DNA of 64,000 bases from an uncultured PS1 clade bacterium (lineage in GTDB: Bacteria; Pseudomonadota; Alphaproteobacteria; MED-G09), in NCBI GenBank assembly GCA_902608415.1, contig CACLNZ010000005.1, positions 806 to 64,805 of the forward strand, given 5' to 3'. The position numbers and the translations under genes are program-made. Below the pieces are notes generated by a model. That model had not been told where the DNA came from and ran no database searches. It saw nothing but the letters and a program-made list of their open reading frames with translations. Positions 63,632 through 64,000 of this stretch are shown here, one piece after another; position 1 is the first letter of the stretch; each line of letters opens with the position of its first letter.

Positions 63632-64000
63632 ATGAAAAATAAAAAAAAATTCAAAAAAATTAATTTTTCAAAATTAATTAGAATTTCTGATACACCGCAT
63701 TCTATTTCATTAGGTTTTTCTATTGGTGTTTTTACTTCTTTTACTCCTTTAATTGGAGTGCATATTATTCTTGCAATTCTTTTGTCATGGATTCTAAAAG
63801 CTAATTATTTTTCTTCCGCCTTAGGAACATTTTTTGGAACACCTTTAACTTACCCATTTATTTGGTTTGCCTCTCTTTATGTAGGTAATATATTTATTCC
63901 TATCGAAAATTTTAATTTAATAGAGTTAGGGGAGTCTTCTTTTTATTCATTAGAAATCTTATCAAATATAAAACCTCTAATACCTTCTTTTTTTATTGGC
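63632..64000 (+). CDS. DUF2062-like membrane protein, 3'-truncated by window edge
   Basis: Not in the ORF track because no stop falls in the window. From the ATG at 63632 the frame is open to nt 64000. MKNKKKFKKINFSKLIRISDTPHSISLGFSIGVFTSFTPLIGVHIILAILLSW... resembles DUF2062 (TPHSIALG.A.G.F....P..G.H). Confidence 0.6.
   Translation, partial: MKNKKKFKKINFSKLIRISDTPHSISLGFSIGVFTSFTPLIGVHIILAILLSWILKANYFSSALGTFFGTPLTYPFIWFASLYVGNIFIPIENFNLIELGESSFYSLEILSNIKPLIPSFFIG

Overview
The window is AT-rich and extremely gene-dense. It looks like a core chromosome segment of a streamlined, probably marine, Pelagibacterales-like alphaproteobacterium; that assignment rests only on gene content and synteny. 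I support 65 protein-coding genes, two of them cut by the window edges, and 3 tRNA genes. Two small genes missing from the ORF track were found by eye: rpmG (L33) and ccmD.

Content is mostly housekeeping:
- Regulation: ntrC, trkA, hfq, rpoZ, spoT.
- Cell wall and replication: rlpA-dac-tmk-holB-metG, topA, dinB.
- Translation and proteolysis: gatCAB, clpSA, smpB.
- Nucleotide and amino-acid synthesis: pyrB, pyrE, dapA.
- Acyl-CoA and propionate metabolism: an AMACR-like racemase, an acyl-CoA synthetase, pccBA, a two-subunit B12-dependent methylmalonyl-CoA mutase and tesB.
- A rearranged cytochrome c maturation cluster, ccmC-D-E-(F::H)-A-B.

I found no transposase, integrase, prophage, CRISPR array, rRNA or recognisable defence system.

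The most interesting observations are:
1. An exported PHP-fold DUF3604 lipoprotein paired with a membrane-anchored parvulin, next to tRNA-Ser.
2. A tightly overlapped module of secreted Kelch propeller, DUF1489 and a Tim14-like membrane J-protein.
3. An 81-aa stand-alone remnant of the NtrX DNA-binding domain, kept in the conserved ntrX-trkA-hfq position.
4. A minimal, divergent Hfq.
5. A HAD phosphatase whose catalytic DxD motif lies upstream of any canonical start codon, at an ATAA junction with rpmG.
6. plsY and pyrB start codons back to back, 1 nt apart.
7. An in-frame ccmF-ccmH fusion.
8. A 938-aa TonB-dependent receptor in an otherwise ABC/SBP-style streamlined genome.
9. tRNAs abutting downstream CDSs, and systematic overlap of convergent 3' ends.

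None of these is proven novel. Each needs the database or experimental checks listed with it.
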